Source: Nitrosospira lacus (GTDB taxonomy: Bacteria; Pseudomonadota; Gammaproteobacteria; Burkholderiales; Nitrosomonadaceae). From it: a stretch of 32,000 bases of DNA. This document shows, in pieces, positions 1 through 12,183 of this stretch (the first letter of the stretch is position 1; each line of letters begins with the position of its first letter). The notes beneath the pieces were generated by a model. That model saw only the letters and a list, made by a program, of their open reading frames with translations. It ran no database searches and had not been told where the DNA came from. A program made the position numbers and the translations under genes. The DNA lies in assembly GCF_000355765.4 (NCBI RefSeq), contig NZ_CP021106.3, positions 559,137-591,136 of the forward strand. Direction: 5' to 3'.

Positions 1-354
1 GCCGAGAAGCGTATCGCCAGGCTTCAGGGCGGTTAAATATACCGCAGCGTTGGCCTGGGAGCCGGAATGCGGCTGGACATTGACATACTCGGCATCAAAC
101 AGCGCTTTCAGCCGATCGATCGCAAGCTGCTCCACGATGTCGACATATTCGCAGCCCCCATAATAGCGCTTGCCGGGATAACCCTCGGCGTATTTGTTGG
201 TGAGTACCGACCCCTGTGCCTGCATTACCGCCGGGCTTGCGTAATTTTCGGATGCGATCAACTCGATATATTCTTCCTGGCGTCGTACTTCGCCCTTGAT
301 CGCTTTCCATACTTCGGGGTCAACATTTTCCAGGGTCAGGCTCGGGGACAACAT
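1..354 (-). CDS. glyA: Serine hydroxymethyltransferase, N-terminal 118 codons (gene continues beyond the window start)
   Basis: Reverse-strand translation from ATG at 354 gives [86 protein letters not shown]..., a typical SHMT N-terminus. It is absent from the ORF track because it has no stop codon in the window. The listed 67..375 + ORF is its antisense shadow. Confidence 0.9.
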   Translation of the reverse strand, partial: MLSPSLTLENVDPEVWKAIKGEVRRQEEYIELIASENYASPAVMQAQGSVLTNKYAEGYPGKRYYGGCEYVDIVEQLAIDRLKALFDAEYVNVQPHSGSQANAAVYLTALKPGDTLLG

Positions 355-441
355 GGCGGTTTATCCTCTGAATAATAGTCAATAAATTGTGCATTCTACC
401 ATCATCAGCAGGGCTCGCAGCGCGATACAAATGACCGGGTT

Positions 442-636
442 TCAGCAGCCACAGCCGTCGATGAAGATCGAACCGCCCTCAAGTAAAATTTTAAGCATCC
501 ACCAGTCTCTGTAAGATTTTCGAGAAATAGTCATCAGAGTCTGGCCATGGATGACTCGACGGCCCAAGACTCCTCTGAGTATAGCGCTCCAGGGCAGGTG
601 AAACGTCTTCTGGGGTGGCCTTCCATAGGGATCCAC
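442..636 (-). CDS. Hypothetical 64-aa ORF abutting the gyrB stop codon
   Basis: GTG at 636 directly follows the gyrB TAG (637-639). No recognisable motif; ends ...SIFIDGCGC. No clear SD. Confidence 0.15.
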   Translation of the reverse strand: MDPYGRPPQKTFHLPWSAILRGVLGRRVIHGQTLMTISRKSYRDWWMLKILLEGGSIFIDGCGC

Positions 637-3093
<2,457 letters not shown>

Positions 3094-3182
3094 GGGATTT
3101 ATCGAAAAATCATACTATGTCCCCCGACACTGCTTGTCCGGACGAAATAATATTCAGTGGTTTTATGTTTGGTGCGGTGCTT

Positions 3183-4292
3183 TCATATTCTCATGGGCAT
3201 CACGACATATTTGAAATCATCATTTCCGGGAATGGTGATGAGTGCACTGCTGTTTGCATCACCAAAGGAACAGCGTACTGTTTCGTTGGTCAGATTGTTC
3301 AAAACATCCAGCAGATAGGTAACATTGAAGCCTATATCAAGCGCTTCGCCGTCATACTGAACTTCCACTTCCTCCTCGGCTTCTTCCTGCTCCGCGTTGT
3401 TGCAAACGATACGCAAGTTCCCCGTAGTCAGAATCAGGCGGACACCACGGAATTTTTCGTTTGAAAGGATTGAAGCGCGCTGAAGCGTTTGCAAAAGCAA
3501 TAGGCGATTTACATCAATCTGCTTTTGATGGTCGACCGGGATCACACGGTTGTAATCAGGAAACTTGCCATCCACGACCTTGGATATCAGTATGACGTTT
3601 GAAAAGGTAAAACGTACCTGATTTTGTAGAATTTCCACGGTTACCAGTTCGTCGCTGTCATTCAATTGCTTTGCCAGTTCGAGTACCACCTTGCGGGGTA
3701 AAATAACTTCCCTTTTCTCCTGTGGTACTTGCAGCATCAGCAGGGCGAATGCCAGGCGATGGCCATCGGTAGCCACAGCTTTCAGGTGGCTTTCTTCCAT
3801 CAGTAAAAGCAGGCCGTTCAGGTAATAGCGGATGTCCTGCTGCGCCATGGCGTATTGCACCATGAATAATAGATGCTTCAGTTCTTTTTGTTTTACCGTT
3901 ATTTTTGCCTGGGATTCTGTATTTTCAGGAAATTTGGGAAAGTCTTCGACAGGAAGCGTCTGTAAACTGAAGCGGCTTTTTCCGGCTTTTCCCTGAAGCC
4001 GGCTGTCCGTGGTTTCCAGCGTTACCTCGGTTTTATCAGGCAATGCGCGCAAGATGTCCTGAAGTTTTTTTGCCGCTACAGTGACTGAATGTCCTTCAGA
4101 TGCTGTATTGCCATCCTGAGCGGAAGTCGTTATCTGAATTTCCAGATCGGTCGCAATGAATGAAATTTTGTCATTCTTTCGCTCTATAAGAACATTGGAA
4201 AGTATAGGCAAGGTATGGCGGCGCTCAACAATTCCGGTAACTGTTTGCAACGGTTTAAGCAATATATCCTTATCAGCCTGTATTAGTTTCAT
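3183..4292 (-). CDS. dnaN: DNA polymerase III beta sliding clamp
   Basis: 369-aa ORF with a typical clamp N-terminus (MKLIQADKDILLKPLQTVTGIVERRHTLPILSNVLIE) and conserved dnaA-dnaN-gyrB synteny. Confidence 0.97.
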   Translation of the reverse strand: MKLIQADKDILLKPLQTVTGIVERRHTLPILSNVLIERKNDKISFIATDLEIQITTSAQDGNTASEGHSVTVAAKKLQDILRALPDKTEVTLETTDSRLQGKAGKSRFSLQTLPVEDFPKFPENTESQAKITVKQKELKHLLFMVQYAMAQQDIRYYLNGLLLLMEESHLKAVATDGHRLAFALLMLQVPQEKREVILPRKVVLELAKQLNDSDELVTVEILQNQVRFTFSNVILISKVVDGKFPDYNRVIPVDHQKQIDVNRLLLLQTLQRASILSNEKFRGVRLILTTGNLRIVCNNAEQEEAEEEVEVQYDGEALDIGFNVTYLLDVLNNLTNETVRCSFGDANSSALITIPGNDDFKYVVMPMRI

Positions 4293-4492
4293 TTATTTAG
4301 AATCCAGATAATCGTTAATAGAAGTAGGGTAAGTCCGGTATAAATAAAAAAATACAAATAATATGCGTGAGTTAATTATTATTTCTTATCTGTATCGAGG
4401 GCGTATTGTCTGTGGATAGTTTGTGGACACAAATCCGAGTCAGGTGTAAACCGCAAGTTATCCCCAAATCATCCTGTTGTTGTTCGTGTTGT
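4293..4492. other. oriC: Candidate oriC / DnaA-box cluster with AT-rich tract (dnaA-dnaN intergenic)
   Basis: 200-bp non-coding spacer. A very AT-rich stretch (about 4293-4400) is followed by TGTGGATAG (4411-4419; 1 mismatch to TGTGGATAA), TGTGGACAC (4422-4430; 2 mismatches) and TTATCCCCA (4458-4466; 1 mismatch to TTATCCACA). Confidence 0.4.
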
Positions 4493-5866
4493 TCAGCCGC
4501 GGAGAATATGCAATAAGGTATTGAAGTCCCGGTTGATCGACGGATCGGAAGCCCGCAGCTCGGCAATTTTTCGATAACCGTGCAGTACCGTCGTATGGTC
4601 TCTGCCTCCAAAAGCTTCACCGATATCGGGCAAACTCAGAGGAGTGAGTTCTTTGGATATGGCCATTGCCATCTGCCGGGGTCTTGCGACGATGCGCGAA
4701 CGTTTTTTGGAATACATTTCGGCAACCTTGATTTTATAGTAGTCCGCCACAGTTTTCTGAATATTTTCAATGGAAATCTGGCGGTTTTGCACCGCCAGTA
4801 AATCCTTCAGCGCTTCCCGCGCCAAATCCAGCGACAAGGAATGGCCCGTGAAGCGGGAATAAGCAAGGACTCGCTTCAGTGCACCTTCCAGTTCACGTAC
4901 ATTGGATCGAATATGCTTGGCTATGAAGAAAGCGACATTTTCGTCCAGGACGATTTTTTCCATCAGGGCTTTTTTCAGCAGGATGGCAACACGCATTTCC
5001 AGTTCTGGGGGTTCAACCGCTACGGTCAAGCCCCAGCCAAAACGGGAAATTAACCGCTCTTCCATGCCAGAGATTTCCTTGGGGTAGGAATCACATGTGA
5101 TGATGACTTGTTTATGCGCTTCGATCAGCGCATTAAAAGCATAAAAAAATTCTTCCTGCGTCCGGTTCTTGCCGCCAAAAAACTGGATATCGTCTATCAG
5201 CAGGAGATCCAGGGAGTGGTAGTACCGCTTGAAATCATCAAATGCCTTATGTTGGTAAGCCCTTACTACATCGGAAACGTATTGTTCGGCGTGAATGTAT
5301 CTAACCTTGGCAGTGCTGTTGTGCTCCAGCACGGAATTACCGATTGCCTGAATCAGATGGGTTTTTCCTAATCCCACGCCACCGTAGATAAAAAACGGGT
5401 TGTAGGCGACACCCGGACGTTCGGCAACCTGGATAGCGCCTGCACGTGCCAGTTGATTGGCTTTGCCTGTGACAAAACTATTGAAGGTGAAAGAAGGATT
5501 GAGGCGGCTCGGGTTTTTTTCCTTTGCGGTTTTTGGGGGTAAGCGCACGGGCGCATGGGTAGTAGCCGGGCTCGGCGTGATGACGGTGTTATTCACTGCT
5601 GGTGCGGTTTCCTTCGTGGAATTCTGGCTAGCGAGTTTTAATTGAAAATGTATACGGCGCGAAAAATGCTTTTCGGCCATTTCTTCAATGCGCGATAGAA
5701 AATTATCTTTGATCCATTGCATGACGAACCGGTTGGGAGCGACGAGAATCGGCTCGTCGGCACTATTCGACAAGTCCAGGTAAAGAGGTTTGATCCAAGT
5801 ATTGAATTGCTGGGCACTCAGTTCTTTCTCAAAATATCCGAGACAGGAAAGCCAAAAATTGTGCAT
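4493..5866 (-). CDS. dnaA: Chromosomal replication initiator protein DnaA
   Basis: 457-aa ORF with Walker [20 protein letters not shown], sensor/arginine-finger region and a domain IV HTH ([15 protein letters not shown]). Confidence 0.98.
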   Translation of the reverse strand: MHNFWLSCLGYFEKELSAQQFNTWIKPLYLDLSNSADEPILVAPNRFVMQWIKDNFLSRIEEMAEKHFSRRIHFQLKLASQNSTKETAPAVNNTVITPSPATTHAPVRLPPKTAKEKNPSRLNPSFTFNSFVTGKANQLARAGAIQVAERPGVAYNPFFIYGGVGLGKTHLIQAIGNSVLEHNSTAKVRYIHAEQYVSDVVRAYQHKAFDDFKRYYHSLDLLLIDDIQFFGGKNRTQEEFFYAFNALIEAHKQVIITCDSYPKEISGMEERLISRFGWGLTVAVEPPELEMRVAILLKKALMEKIVLDENVAFFIAKHIRSNVRELEGALKRVLAYSRFTGHSLSLDLAREALKDLLAVQNRQISIENIQKTVADYYKIKVAEMYSKKRSRIVARPRQMAMAISKELTPLSLPDIGEAFGGRDHTTVLHGYRKIAELRASDPSINRDFNTLLHILRG

Positions 5867-5955
5867 TGCCGATGTGATCTAAGGATACGTAAAACGGGAA
5901 AAAAAGGAATTCGGGAGTGGTGTTGAGTACCCTATTCTAGACCCTTCCTACCCAG

Positions 5956-5964
5956 TTATCCACA
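5956..5964 (+). promoter_or_regulatory. Perfect DnaA box TTATCCACA in the dnaA/rpmH divergent promoter region
   Basis: Exact 9-mer consensus, read directly, about 90 bp upstream of the dnaA start. This position is consistent with dnaA autoregulation. Confidence 0.7.
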
Positions 5965-5984
5965 GGGGGGGGAAAAAATATAGG

Positions 5985-6014
5985 TTGACACCAGCATCCG
6001 TAAAGAGTTGTAAT
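5985..6014 (+). promoter_or_regulatory. Candidate sigma70 promoter for rpmH-rnpA
   Basis: TTGACA (5985-5990), 18-nt spacer, TGTAAT (6009-6014), about 40 nt upstream of the rpmH ATG. Confidence 0.45.
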
Positions 6015-6055
6015 GCGAGGTTTTATTTACCAGTCTCAAGGGAAAAGGGAAAACG

Positions 6056-6190
6056 ATGAAACGCACTTACCAACCGTCCGTGACGCGAAGAAAGCGAACA
6101 CATGGCTTTCGGGTTCGCATGAAAACCACGGGTGGCGCAGCCGTTATCCGGGCGCGTCGTGCCAAGGGGCGTGTCCGCTTGGGAGTTTAG
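6056..6190 (+). CDS. rpmH: 50S ribosomal protein L34
   Basis: 44-aa [47 protein letters not shown], preceded by GGGAAAAGGGAAAACG. Too short for the ORF track; found by reading the sequence. Confidence 0.97.
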   Translation: MKRTYQPSVTRRKRTHGFRVRMKTTGGAAVIRARRAKGRVRLGV

Positions 6191-6231
6191 ATTTAGCCAA
6201 TCGCAGAAATCCGCTATCGAGGAGCTGTATC

Positions 6232-6576
6232 ATTCGCTTTCCGAAAAGTCACCGGTTGCATCAGGCGGATGAGTTTTCGTCGGTAATCCGGTTCCGCTGT
6301 TCAGCCAGCGGCGAATTTCTTCAGGTTTTTGCTAAGCCCAATAATCTCGTACATTCAAGATTGGGATTGATAATCGCCGGTAAGGTGGAGCGGCTGGCGG
6401 TAAACCGCAATCGGGCAAAACGTCTGTTACGGGAGATATTTCGCGCACGGCAGCAAGAATTGGCCGGGCTCGATCTGGTGGTGCGCTTGCGTTGCCGCGT
6501 GTCGCCAGGCAACGCGGCGCGAATGACGGGAGAAGCGGAAATGCTAATGATTCAATTACAGCGATGTCGCGGATAA
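6232..6576 (+). CDS. rnpA: RNase P protein component (start uncertain, apparently non-AUG)
   Basis: The C-terminal part of track ORF 6013..6576 reads ...RFPKSHRLHQADEFSSVIRF...RLGLIIAGKVERLAVNRNRAKRLLREIFR, a typical RnpA. No ATG/GTG/TTG lies in frame between the rpmH stop and the conserved FPKSHRL. A strong SD GAGGAG (6219-6224) precedes ATC (6229) and ATT (6232). Confidence 0.85.
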   Translation: MRFPKSHRLHQADEFSSVIRFRCSASGEFLQVFAKPNNLVHSRLGLIIAGKVERLAVNRNRAKRLLREIFRARQQELAGLDLVVRLRCRVSPGNAARMTGEAEMLMIQLQRCRG

Positions 6577-6773
6577 TTATTGGTTTTATCAAGCTCTATC
6601 AATATTGCCTGAGTCCTTTCCTTGGGCCGTCGTGCCGGTTCAGCCCATCCTGTTCACATTATGCATGTGAGGCGCTGGCCCGGCATGGAGTGTTGCGCGG
6701 GATGCGGCTCAGCGTATGGAGAATATTGCGCTGCAATCCGTGGGGTCGCGGCGGCTATGACCCGGTTCCATAG
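6564..6773 (+). CDS. yidD: Membrane protein insertion efficiency factor YidD
   Basis: Internal ATG at 6564 gives the 69-aa MSRIIIGFIKLYQYCLSPFLGPSCRFSPSCSHYACEALARHG..., the conserved YidD signature. It overlaps the rnpA 3' end by 13 nt. Confidence 0.9.
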   Translation: MSRIIIGFIKLYQYCLSPFLGPSCRFSPSCSHYACEALARHGVLRGMRLSVWRILRCNPWGRGGYDPVP

Positions 6774-6849
6774 GAATGAATGGACCCGGCCTGAATTATT
6801 CCCGGTACAGTTTATGCGTATCATAAAAAAATAAAATTGCGAAGCAAAG

Positions 6850-8559
6850 ATGGACACACAAAAATTTGTACTTTTCCTGATTTTCTCTACATCGATGTTG
6901 TTCCTCTGGGACGCATGGCAGAAAGAACAGAATCCGTCCCCCCCGGCAGCAGTTGAGACCCAGGAAGCGGCGGGCGAGTCATCGTCTGTCCGCCGCCAGG
7001 AAGGCACTCCGGTCCCGGGAGAAAAGCTTGTTTCGACACAGCCTGGCAAGGGCGAACCTTCTGCCGAGAATGCTGCCCCGGTGAGAGCTTCCGGCAAACT
7101 GGAGTCGGGAGAAAAAGTTGTCGTCAAGACCGATCTGGTAGTAGCGGAAATCGATACCGCCGGCGGTGATCTACGTCAACTCGAGCTATTGAATCATCCG
7201 GACAAGGAAGACAAGAACAAGCCTTTTGCATTGTTGCAAAGCCAATATGACCATGTTTATGTGGCGCAATCAGGTCTGATCGGGGAGGGTTTACCCAGCC
7301 ACAAGACGCGCTATACGGTTGAGTCACGCACTTATAACCTGGCGGAAGGCCAGGACAAAATCGAGGTGCGGCTGGTGGCGCCTGCGGCGGACGGCATGCA
7401 GGTAGCCAAGATTTATACGTTTCATCGCGGCAGCTATCTCATCGACGTAAGTTTTGAAGTTGCCAATCAGGGAACGGCGGCAATCCAGCCGTTCTCGTAT
7501 TTCCAGATGCTGCGTGACAGCAAACCCCCGGTCGGCTCGGTTTTCATGATTCCGACCTATACCGGTGCGGCGCTCTACACCGAGGAGGAGAAATTCAAGA
7601 AAATCGAATTTTCCGCTCTGGACAAGGGTAACGCGAGCTACCCTAAAAACGCCGATAATGGCTGGATTGCAATGCTCCAGCACTATTTTCTCACCGCGTG
7701 GCTGCCAAAAGACAAGTTGCCGCGCGAATATTATGCGAAGCGCCTGGGAGAAAACGAATACACCGCCGGGGTGATCGTGCCTGTGGGGCAGATTGAACCA
7801 GGAAACACAAAGACCGTCACCGTACCCCTTTATGCGGGTCCGGAGGAACAGAGCAAACTCGCGGCTGTCGCACCGGGGCTGGATCTTACGGTGGATTATG
7901 GCTGGTTGACCGTGATTGGGGCTCCCCTTTTCTGGTTGCTGTCGTTTTATCATTCCTGGACCGGAAACTGGGGAGTCGCGATTATTCTTCTGACCATGTC
8001 GGTCAAGCTGGCATTCTTTCCCTTGTCGGCGGCAGGTTATCGATCAATGGCGAAGTTGCGGGTGGTGACACCCAAGTTGCAACGCTTGCGCGAACAGCAT
8101 GGGAACGACCGAGAGCGCATGCACCAGGCGATGATGGATTTTTACAAGACGGAAAAAATCAACCCGATGGGTGGCTGTTTGCCGATTGTGGTTCAGATCC
8201 CGGTATTTATCTCGCTTTACTGGGTATTGCTCGCCAGCGTCGAGCTGCGTTACGCGCCGTTTGCGCTGTGGATAGAAGATATGTCCTCGCCTGATCCCTA
8301 CTACGTGCTGCCGGTCATCATGGGAATTTCCATGTATGTCCAATCAAAACTCAGTCCGCCGGCGACGGACCCGATCCAGGCCAAGGTGATGCAGATCATG
8401 CCCTTTGCTTTCAGTATTTTCTTTTTCTTCTTCCCCGCCGGCCTGGTGTTGTACTCGCTGGTGAATAACGTGCTTTCCATTGCGCAGCAATGGCAAATCA
8501 CGCGCATGATCGAACGTTCCGCGGCTAAATCCAACACGCCAGCAACCAAGAAAAAATGA
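6850..8559 (+). CDS. yidC: Membrane protein insertase YidC
   Basis: 569-aa ORF with N-terminal MDTQKFVLFLIFSTSMLFLWDAWQ, a large periplasmic domain and the C-terminal 60-kDa insertase core (GCLPIVVQIPVFISLYWVL). Conserved rnpA-yidD-yidC order. Confidence 0.97.
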   Translation: MDTQKFVLFLIFSTSMLFLWDAWQKEQNPSPPAAVETQEAAGESSSVRRQEGTPVPGEKLVSTQPGKGEPSAENAAPVRASGKLESGEKVVVKTDLVVAEIDTAGGDLRQLELLNHPDKEDKNKPFALLQSQYDHVYVAQSGLIGEGLPSHKTRYTVESRTYNLAEGQDKIEVRLVAPAADGMQVAKIYTFHRGSYLIDVSFEVANQGTAAIQPFSYFQMLRDSKPPVGSVFMIPTYTGAALYTEEEKFKKIEFSALDKGNASYPKNADNGWIAMLQHYFLTAWLPKDKLPREYYAKRLGENEYTAGVIVPVGQIEPGNTKTVTVPLYAGPEEQSKLAAVAPGLDLTVDYGWLTVIGAPLFWLLSFYHSWTGNWGVAIILLTMSVKLAFFPLSAAGYRSMAKLRVVTPKLQRLREQHGNDRERMHQAMMDFYKTEKINPMGGCLPIVVQIPVFISLYWVLLASVELRYAPFALWIEDMSSPDPYYVLPVIMGISMYVQSKLSPPATDPIQAKVMQIMPFAFSIFFFFFPAGLVLYSLVNNVLSIAQQWQITRMIERSAAKSNTPATKKK

Positions 8560-8653
8560 TTCGCCGGGAAATGCGGTAATTAGACCGGCCGCTCAAGCCT
8601 AACCCCCCGGCTATTTGCGAGTGACTGACCTTTTTTCGGTGCAATTTGTCTGA

Positions 8654-10003
8654 ATGGGAAGTACGGACCTCATTGCGGCCATTGCCACACCCCCCGGGCG
8701 GGGTGGCATTGGTGTAGTGCGGGTTTCCGGTAAGAATCTATCTCCCCTGATAATAAAGATTATCAATCATATTCCGATGCCGCGGTATGCCAGTCTCAGC
8801 AGGTTTCTGGATGAAGATGGATCGATCATAGATCAGGGCATTGCGCTCTATTTTCCGTCCCCACACTCGTATACGGGAGAAGACGTCCTGGAGTTGCAGG
8901 GTCACGGCGGGCCTGCGGTAATGAATTTATTGCTCTCCCGTTGTTTGTCCGCGGGCGCCCGGCTGGCGCAGCCGGGCGAGTTTACCTTGCGCGCGTTTCT
9001 TAATGGAAAACTGGACCTCGCACAGGCAGAAAGCGTCGCCGACGTTATAGATGCCAGTACTGGCGAGGCCGCGCGCTGTGCCATGCGTTCGCTGCAAGGG
9101 GAGTTTTCCCGGGTCATAGATGATCTGGTGCAAGCGCTTACTGACCTGCGGATGGTGGTGGAGGCCACGCTGGATTTCCCGGAGGAAGAGACGGTTGTTC
9201 TGCCGCAGGCGGATGTTTGCAGCAAGCTGGCGGCGATTCAATCCCAGCTTGACGATGTGCTGACAGCCGCCAGGCAAGGCAGCCTGCTGCGCGAAGGCGT
9301 AGGCGTGGTTCTGGTCGGGCAGCCCAATGTCGGCAAATCCAGCTTGATGAACCAGTTGGCCGGGGAGGAAACTGCGATTGTCACCGAAATCCCGGGCACC
9401 ACTCGCGATGCTATCCATGAAATGGTTGAAATAGAGGGTGTTCCGTTTCATCTGATCGATACCGCCGGATTGCGGGAAACTGATGATCCGGTCGAGAAAG
9501 CAGGCATCGCCCGTACGCGCGCAGCGATAGGAAAAGCGGATCTGGCATTATTGCTGGTTGACTGCCGGTGGGGAGTTGTGCCGGAAGATCGAGCGATAGT
9601 CGACAGCCTTCCGCCCAAATTGCCGTTGATCCTGGTGAGTAACAAAATAGATTTGCTGGCGAAGGTCCCGCAAATCGAGAGCGGCGAAGACGGACCGTTG
9701 ATTTACCTCTCGGCTAAAACCGGTGCCGGAATTGATTTGCTTCGCCGAAAACTGCTGGAAATGGCTGGCTGGCATTCGGAGGCGGAAGGCATATTCATGG
9801 CGCGTCACCGCCATGTTGAGGCGCTGAGGGAATCAGGGGAATATCTGCGGAATGCATTGGAGCTGTCCAGACAGGAGGCCCAACTGGATTTGCTGGCGGA
9901 AGAGCTGAGGGCTGCGCAGCAGATGTTGTCGTCCATCACCGGCGAATTCAGTGCCGATGACTTGCTGGGAGAAATATTTTCCCGCTTTTGTATAGGTAAA
10001 TAG
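8654..10003 (+). CDS. mnmE: tRNA modification GTPase MnmE (TrmE)
   Basis: 449-aa ORF with G-domain motifs GQPNVGKSSLMN, DTAGLR and NKIDL, and the C-terminal CIGK tetrapeptide. Confidence 0.97.
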   Translation: MGSTDLIAAIATPPGRGGIGVVRVSGKNLSPLIIKIINHIPMPRYASLSRFLDEDGSIIDQGIALYFPSPHSYTGEDVLELQGHGGPAVMNLLLSRCLSAGARLAQPGEFTLRAFLNGKLDLAQAESVADVIDASTGEAARCAMRSLQGEFSRVIDDLVQALTDLRMVVEATLDFPEEETVVLPQADVCSKLAAIQSQLDDVLTAARQGSLLREGVGVVLVGQPNVGKSSLMNQLAGEETAIVTEIPGTTRDAIHEMVEIEGVPFHLIDTAGLRETDDPVEKAGIARTRAAIGKADLALLLVDCRWGVVPEDRAIVDSLPPKLPLILVSNKIDLLAKVPQIESGEDGPLIYLSAKTGAGIDLLRRKLLEMAGWHSEAEGIFMARHRHVEALRESGEYLRNALELSRQEAQLDLLAEELRAAQQMLSSITGEFSADDLLGEIFSRFCIGK

Positions 10004-10095
10004 ACACGGTTCGAGCGTTGGGGGTGTGCATTCCGGTCATCCACTCGCTTAACTTGGTTCGCTCCGCTGTATTGGATATTGAACATCCGCTGCAT

Positions 10096-10111
10096 TGTTT
10101 CACGTGAAACA
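10096..10111. promoter_or_regulatory. parS: Perfect consensus parS site TGTTTCACGTGAAACA
   Basis: Exact 16-bp palindromic ParB-binding consensus in the mnmE-mnmG intergenic region. A cognate parAB pair lies 3 kb downstream. Confidence 0.85.
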
Positions 10112-10180
10112 TTCCCGTCTTCCGCGCCGGACCATGAAAGCATTATCGAGGCTTTATCTGAGATGGATGGGTGCGCGCCC

Positions 10181-10209
10181 TTACACAACCCTTCGTTTTG
10201 CCGTAGAAT
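10181..10209 (+). promoter_or_regulatory. Candidate sigma70 promoter for mnmG-rsmG
   Basis: TTACAC (10181-10186), 17-nt spacer, TAGAAT (10204-10209). The leader contains an 8-bp-stem hairpin TTGCCACC-tgcgt-GGTGGCAA (10232-10252). Confidence 0.4.
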
Positions 10210-10272
10210 GACTTTAGTGCTTTTTCCCATGTTGCCACCTGCGTGGTGGCAAGCGCAACAAGGCGATTTCAA

Positions 10273-12183
10273 ATGATTTTTTCCGAGAGCTTCGATGTAA
10301 TCGTGGTGGGTGGCGGCCATGCTGGGACCGAGGCGGCGCTTGCGGCCGCACGCATGGGGCAAAAAACGCTGCTGCTTTCGCATAATATCGAAACACTGGG
10401 GCAAATGTCATGCAATCCCTCCATTGGAGGCATCGGCAAGGGGCACCTCGTAAAGGAGGTGGACGCATTGGGCGGCGCAATGGCCGCAGCCGCCGACGAG
10501 GCCGGCATCCAGTTCCGTATCCTTAATTCAAGCAAGGGGCCGGCGGTACGTGCAACACGTGCCCAGGCTGATCGCGTTCTCTATCGCCAGGCGATTCGAC
10601 GACGGCTGGAAAATCAACCCAACCTTTGGCTGTTTCAGCAAGCCGTGGACGATCTCATGCTCGAGGGTGAGCGGATCACCGGAGTGGTTACTCAGCTGGG
10701 AATAAAATTTTCCGCGCGGGCCGTGGTGCTCACCGCCGGCACGTTTCTCGGCGGGTTGGCACACGTCGGCTCATCCAATTTTCAGGCAGGTAGAGCGGGC
10801 GATCCACCGGCTATCAGCCTTGCTATCCGCTTGCGTGAAATGAAGCTGCCAGCCGGGCGGTTAAAGACCGGTACGCCTCCGCGCATAGACGGGCGCACTG
10901 TCGATTATTCGGTCATGACCGAGCAACTCAGCGATGCTCCCATGCCTGTTTTTTCGTTCATGGGCAGCGCCGCACAGCATCCACGCCAATTGCCGTGCTG
11001 GATCACGCACACGAATAGCCGCACGCATGACATTATTCGTGGCGGCCTGGATCGTTCGCCGCTGTTTACAGGAGTTATCGAAGGTGTGGGGCCCCGTTAT
11101 TGCCCTTCCATCGAGGATAAGGTGGTCCGGTTTTCCGCCAAGGAGTCGCATCAGATCTTTCTGGAACCGGAAGGTCTCAGTACCCACGAGATCTATCCTA
11201 ATGGGATATCAACAAGCTTGCCATTCGATCTGCAGATTGAATTGGTGCGTTCTATCAAGGGGATGGAAAAAGCTCACATTACGCGTCCCGGATATGCCAT
11301 CGAATATGACTACTTTGATCCGCGCGGATTGAAAAGCTCGCTTGAAACCAAGATGATCGAGGGACTGTTTTTCGCCGGTCAAATCAATGGTACTACCGGT
11401 TACGAAGAAGCCGCAGCGCAGGGGTTGCTGGCGGGCATCAATGCGGCGCTCAAAACGCTGGACCGGGATGCATGGTGCCCTCGGCGCGATGAAGCTTATC
11501 TTGGGGTTCTGGTGGATGATCTCATCACTCGCGGTGTCACCGAACCTTATCGCATGTTCACCAGCCGTGCCGAATATCGCTTGCAGTTACGTGAAGATAA
11601 TGCGGATTTGCGCCTGACGGAGATGGGGCGCAGGCTCGGTGTAGTGGACGACGCGCGCTGGTCCGTATTCGAAACCAAACGAGAGGCCATTGTTCGCGAG
11701 CAGGGTAGATTGAAGGCCATCTGGCTGGGCCCGAAAACGAATTCAAGTGCGCTGTCAGAAGCAGATATCCTGCGAGTGCTGGGGAAAACGATCGAGCGGG
11801 ATTATTCGCTGAGCGAGCTGCTACGCCGTCCCGGCGTATCCTACGCGAACCTCATGAGCTTGCCGGGCGCGGGTGACGCTGTCGCAGATCCGCTGGTGGC
11901 GGAGCAGGTTGAAATCCAGGCCCGGTATCACGGGTATATCGAGCGCCAGAAGGATGAAGTTGCGCGCACCGCGCACTATGAGGAAATTCGTTTGCCGCAA
12001 GATCTTGATTATGCCACTGTGCGCGGTCTTTCCACCGAGGCGCAGCAAAAATTGAATCAGCACAAGCCGGAAACCGCGGGACAGGCCGCGCGGATTTCCG
12101 GCATCACGCCAGCGACAATTTCGTTACTGCTGGTACACGTGAAGCGTGGTTTTTCCAGTCAGAAAAAAAAGAAAAGCGCGTGA
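10273..12183 (+). CDS. mnmG: tRNA uridine 5-carboxymethylaminomethyl modification enzyme MnmG (GidA)
   Basis: Track ORF 10243..12183. The conserved N-terminus [22 protein letters not shown] (FAD fold) begins at the internal ATG 10273. Confidence 0.97.
   Translation: MIFSESFDVIVVGGGHAGTEAALAAARMGQKTLLLSHNIETLGQMSCNPSIGGIGKGHLVKEVDALGGAMAAAADEAGIQFRILNSSKGPAVRATRAQADRVLYRQAIRRRLENQPNLWLFQQAVDDLMLEGERITGVVTQLGIKFSARAVVLTAGTFLGGLAHVGSSNFQAGRAGDPPAISLAIRLREMKLPAGRLKTGTPPRIDGRTVDYSVMTEQLSDAPMPVFSFMGSAAQHPRQLPCWITHTNSRTHDIIRGGLDRSPLFTGVIEGVGPRYCPSIEDKVVRFSAKESHQIFLEPEGLSTHEIYPNGISTSLPFDLQIELVRSIKGMEKAHITRPGYAIEYDYFDPRGLKSSLETKMIEGLFFAGQINGTTGYEEAAAQGLLAGINAALKTLDRDAWCPRRDEAYLGVLVDDLITRGVTEPYRMFTSRAEYRLQLREDNADLRLTEMGRRLGVVDDARWSVFETKREAIVREQGRLKAIWLGPKTNSSALSEADILRVLGKTIERDYSLSELLRRPGVSYANLMSLPGAGDAVADPLVAEQVEIQARYHGYIERQKDEVARTAHYEEIRLPQDLDYATVRGLSTEAQQKLNQHKPETAGQAARISGITPATISLLLVHVKRGFSSQKKKKSA

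Noticed and set aside
67-375. 102-aa + strand ORF at the window start
   Set aside because: It is the antisense shadow of a clear glyA N-terminus on the - strand (ATG at 354).
6013-6231. N-terminal extension of the 187-aa ORF containing rnpA
   Set aside because: This part overlaps rpmH in another frame, its ATG lies inside the putative rpmH promoter, and only the C-terminal ~115 aa match RnpA.
7324-7953. 209-aa - strand ORF inside yidC
   Set aside because: It is antisense to a well-supported YidC frame, and its composition is typical of a shadow ORF.
9805-10404. 199-aa - strand ORF spanning the mnmE-mnmG spacer
   Set aside because: It overlaps the mnmE 3' end and the mnmG 5' end in antisense, and it runs through the parS site and promoter region with no motif support.
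12131-12146. parS-like sequence TGGTACACGTGAAGCG inside the mnmG 3' end
   Set aside because: It has four mismatches to the 16-mer consensus, which break the palindrome, and it lies inside coding sequence.
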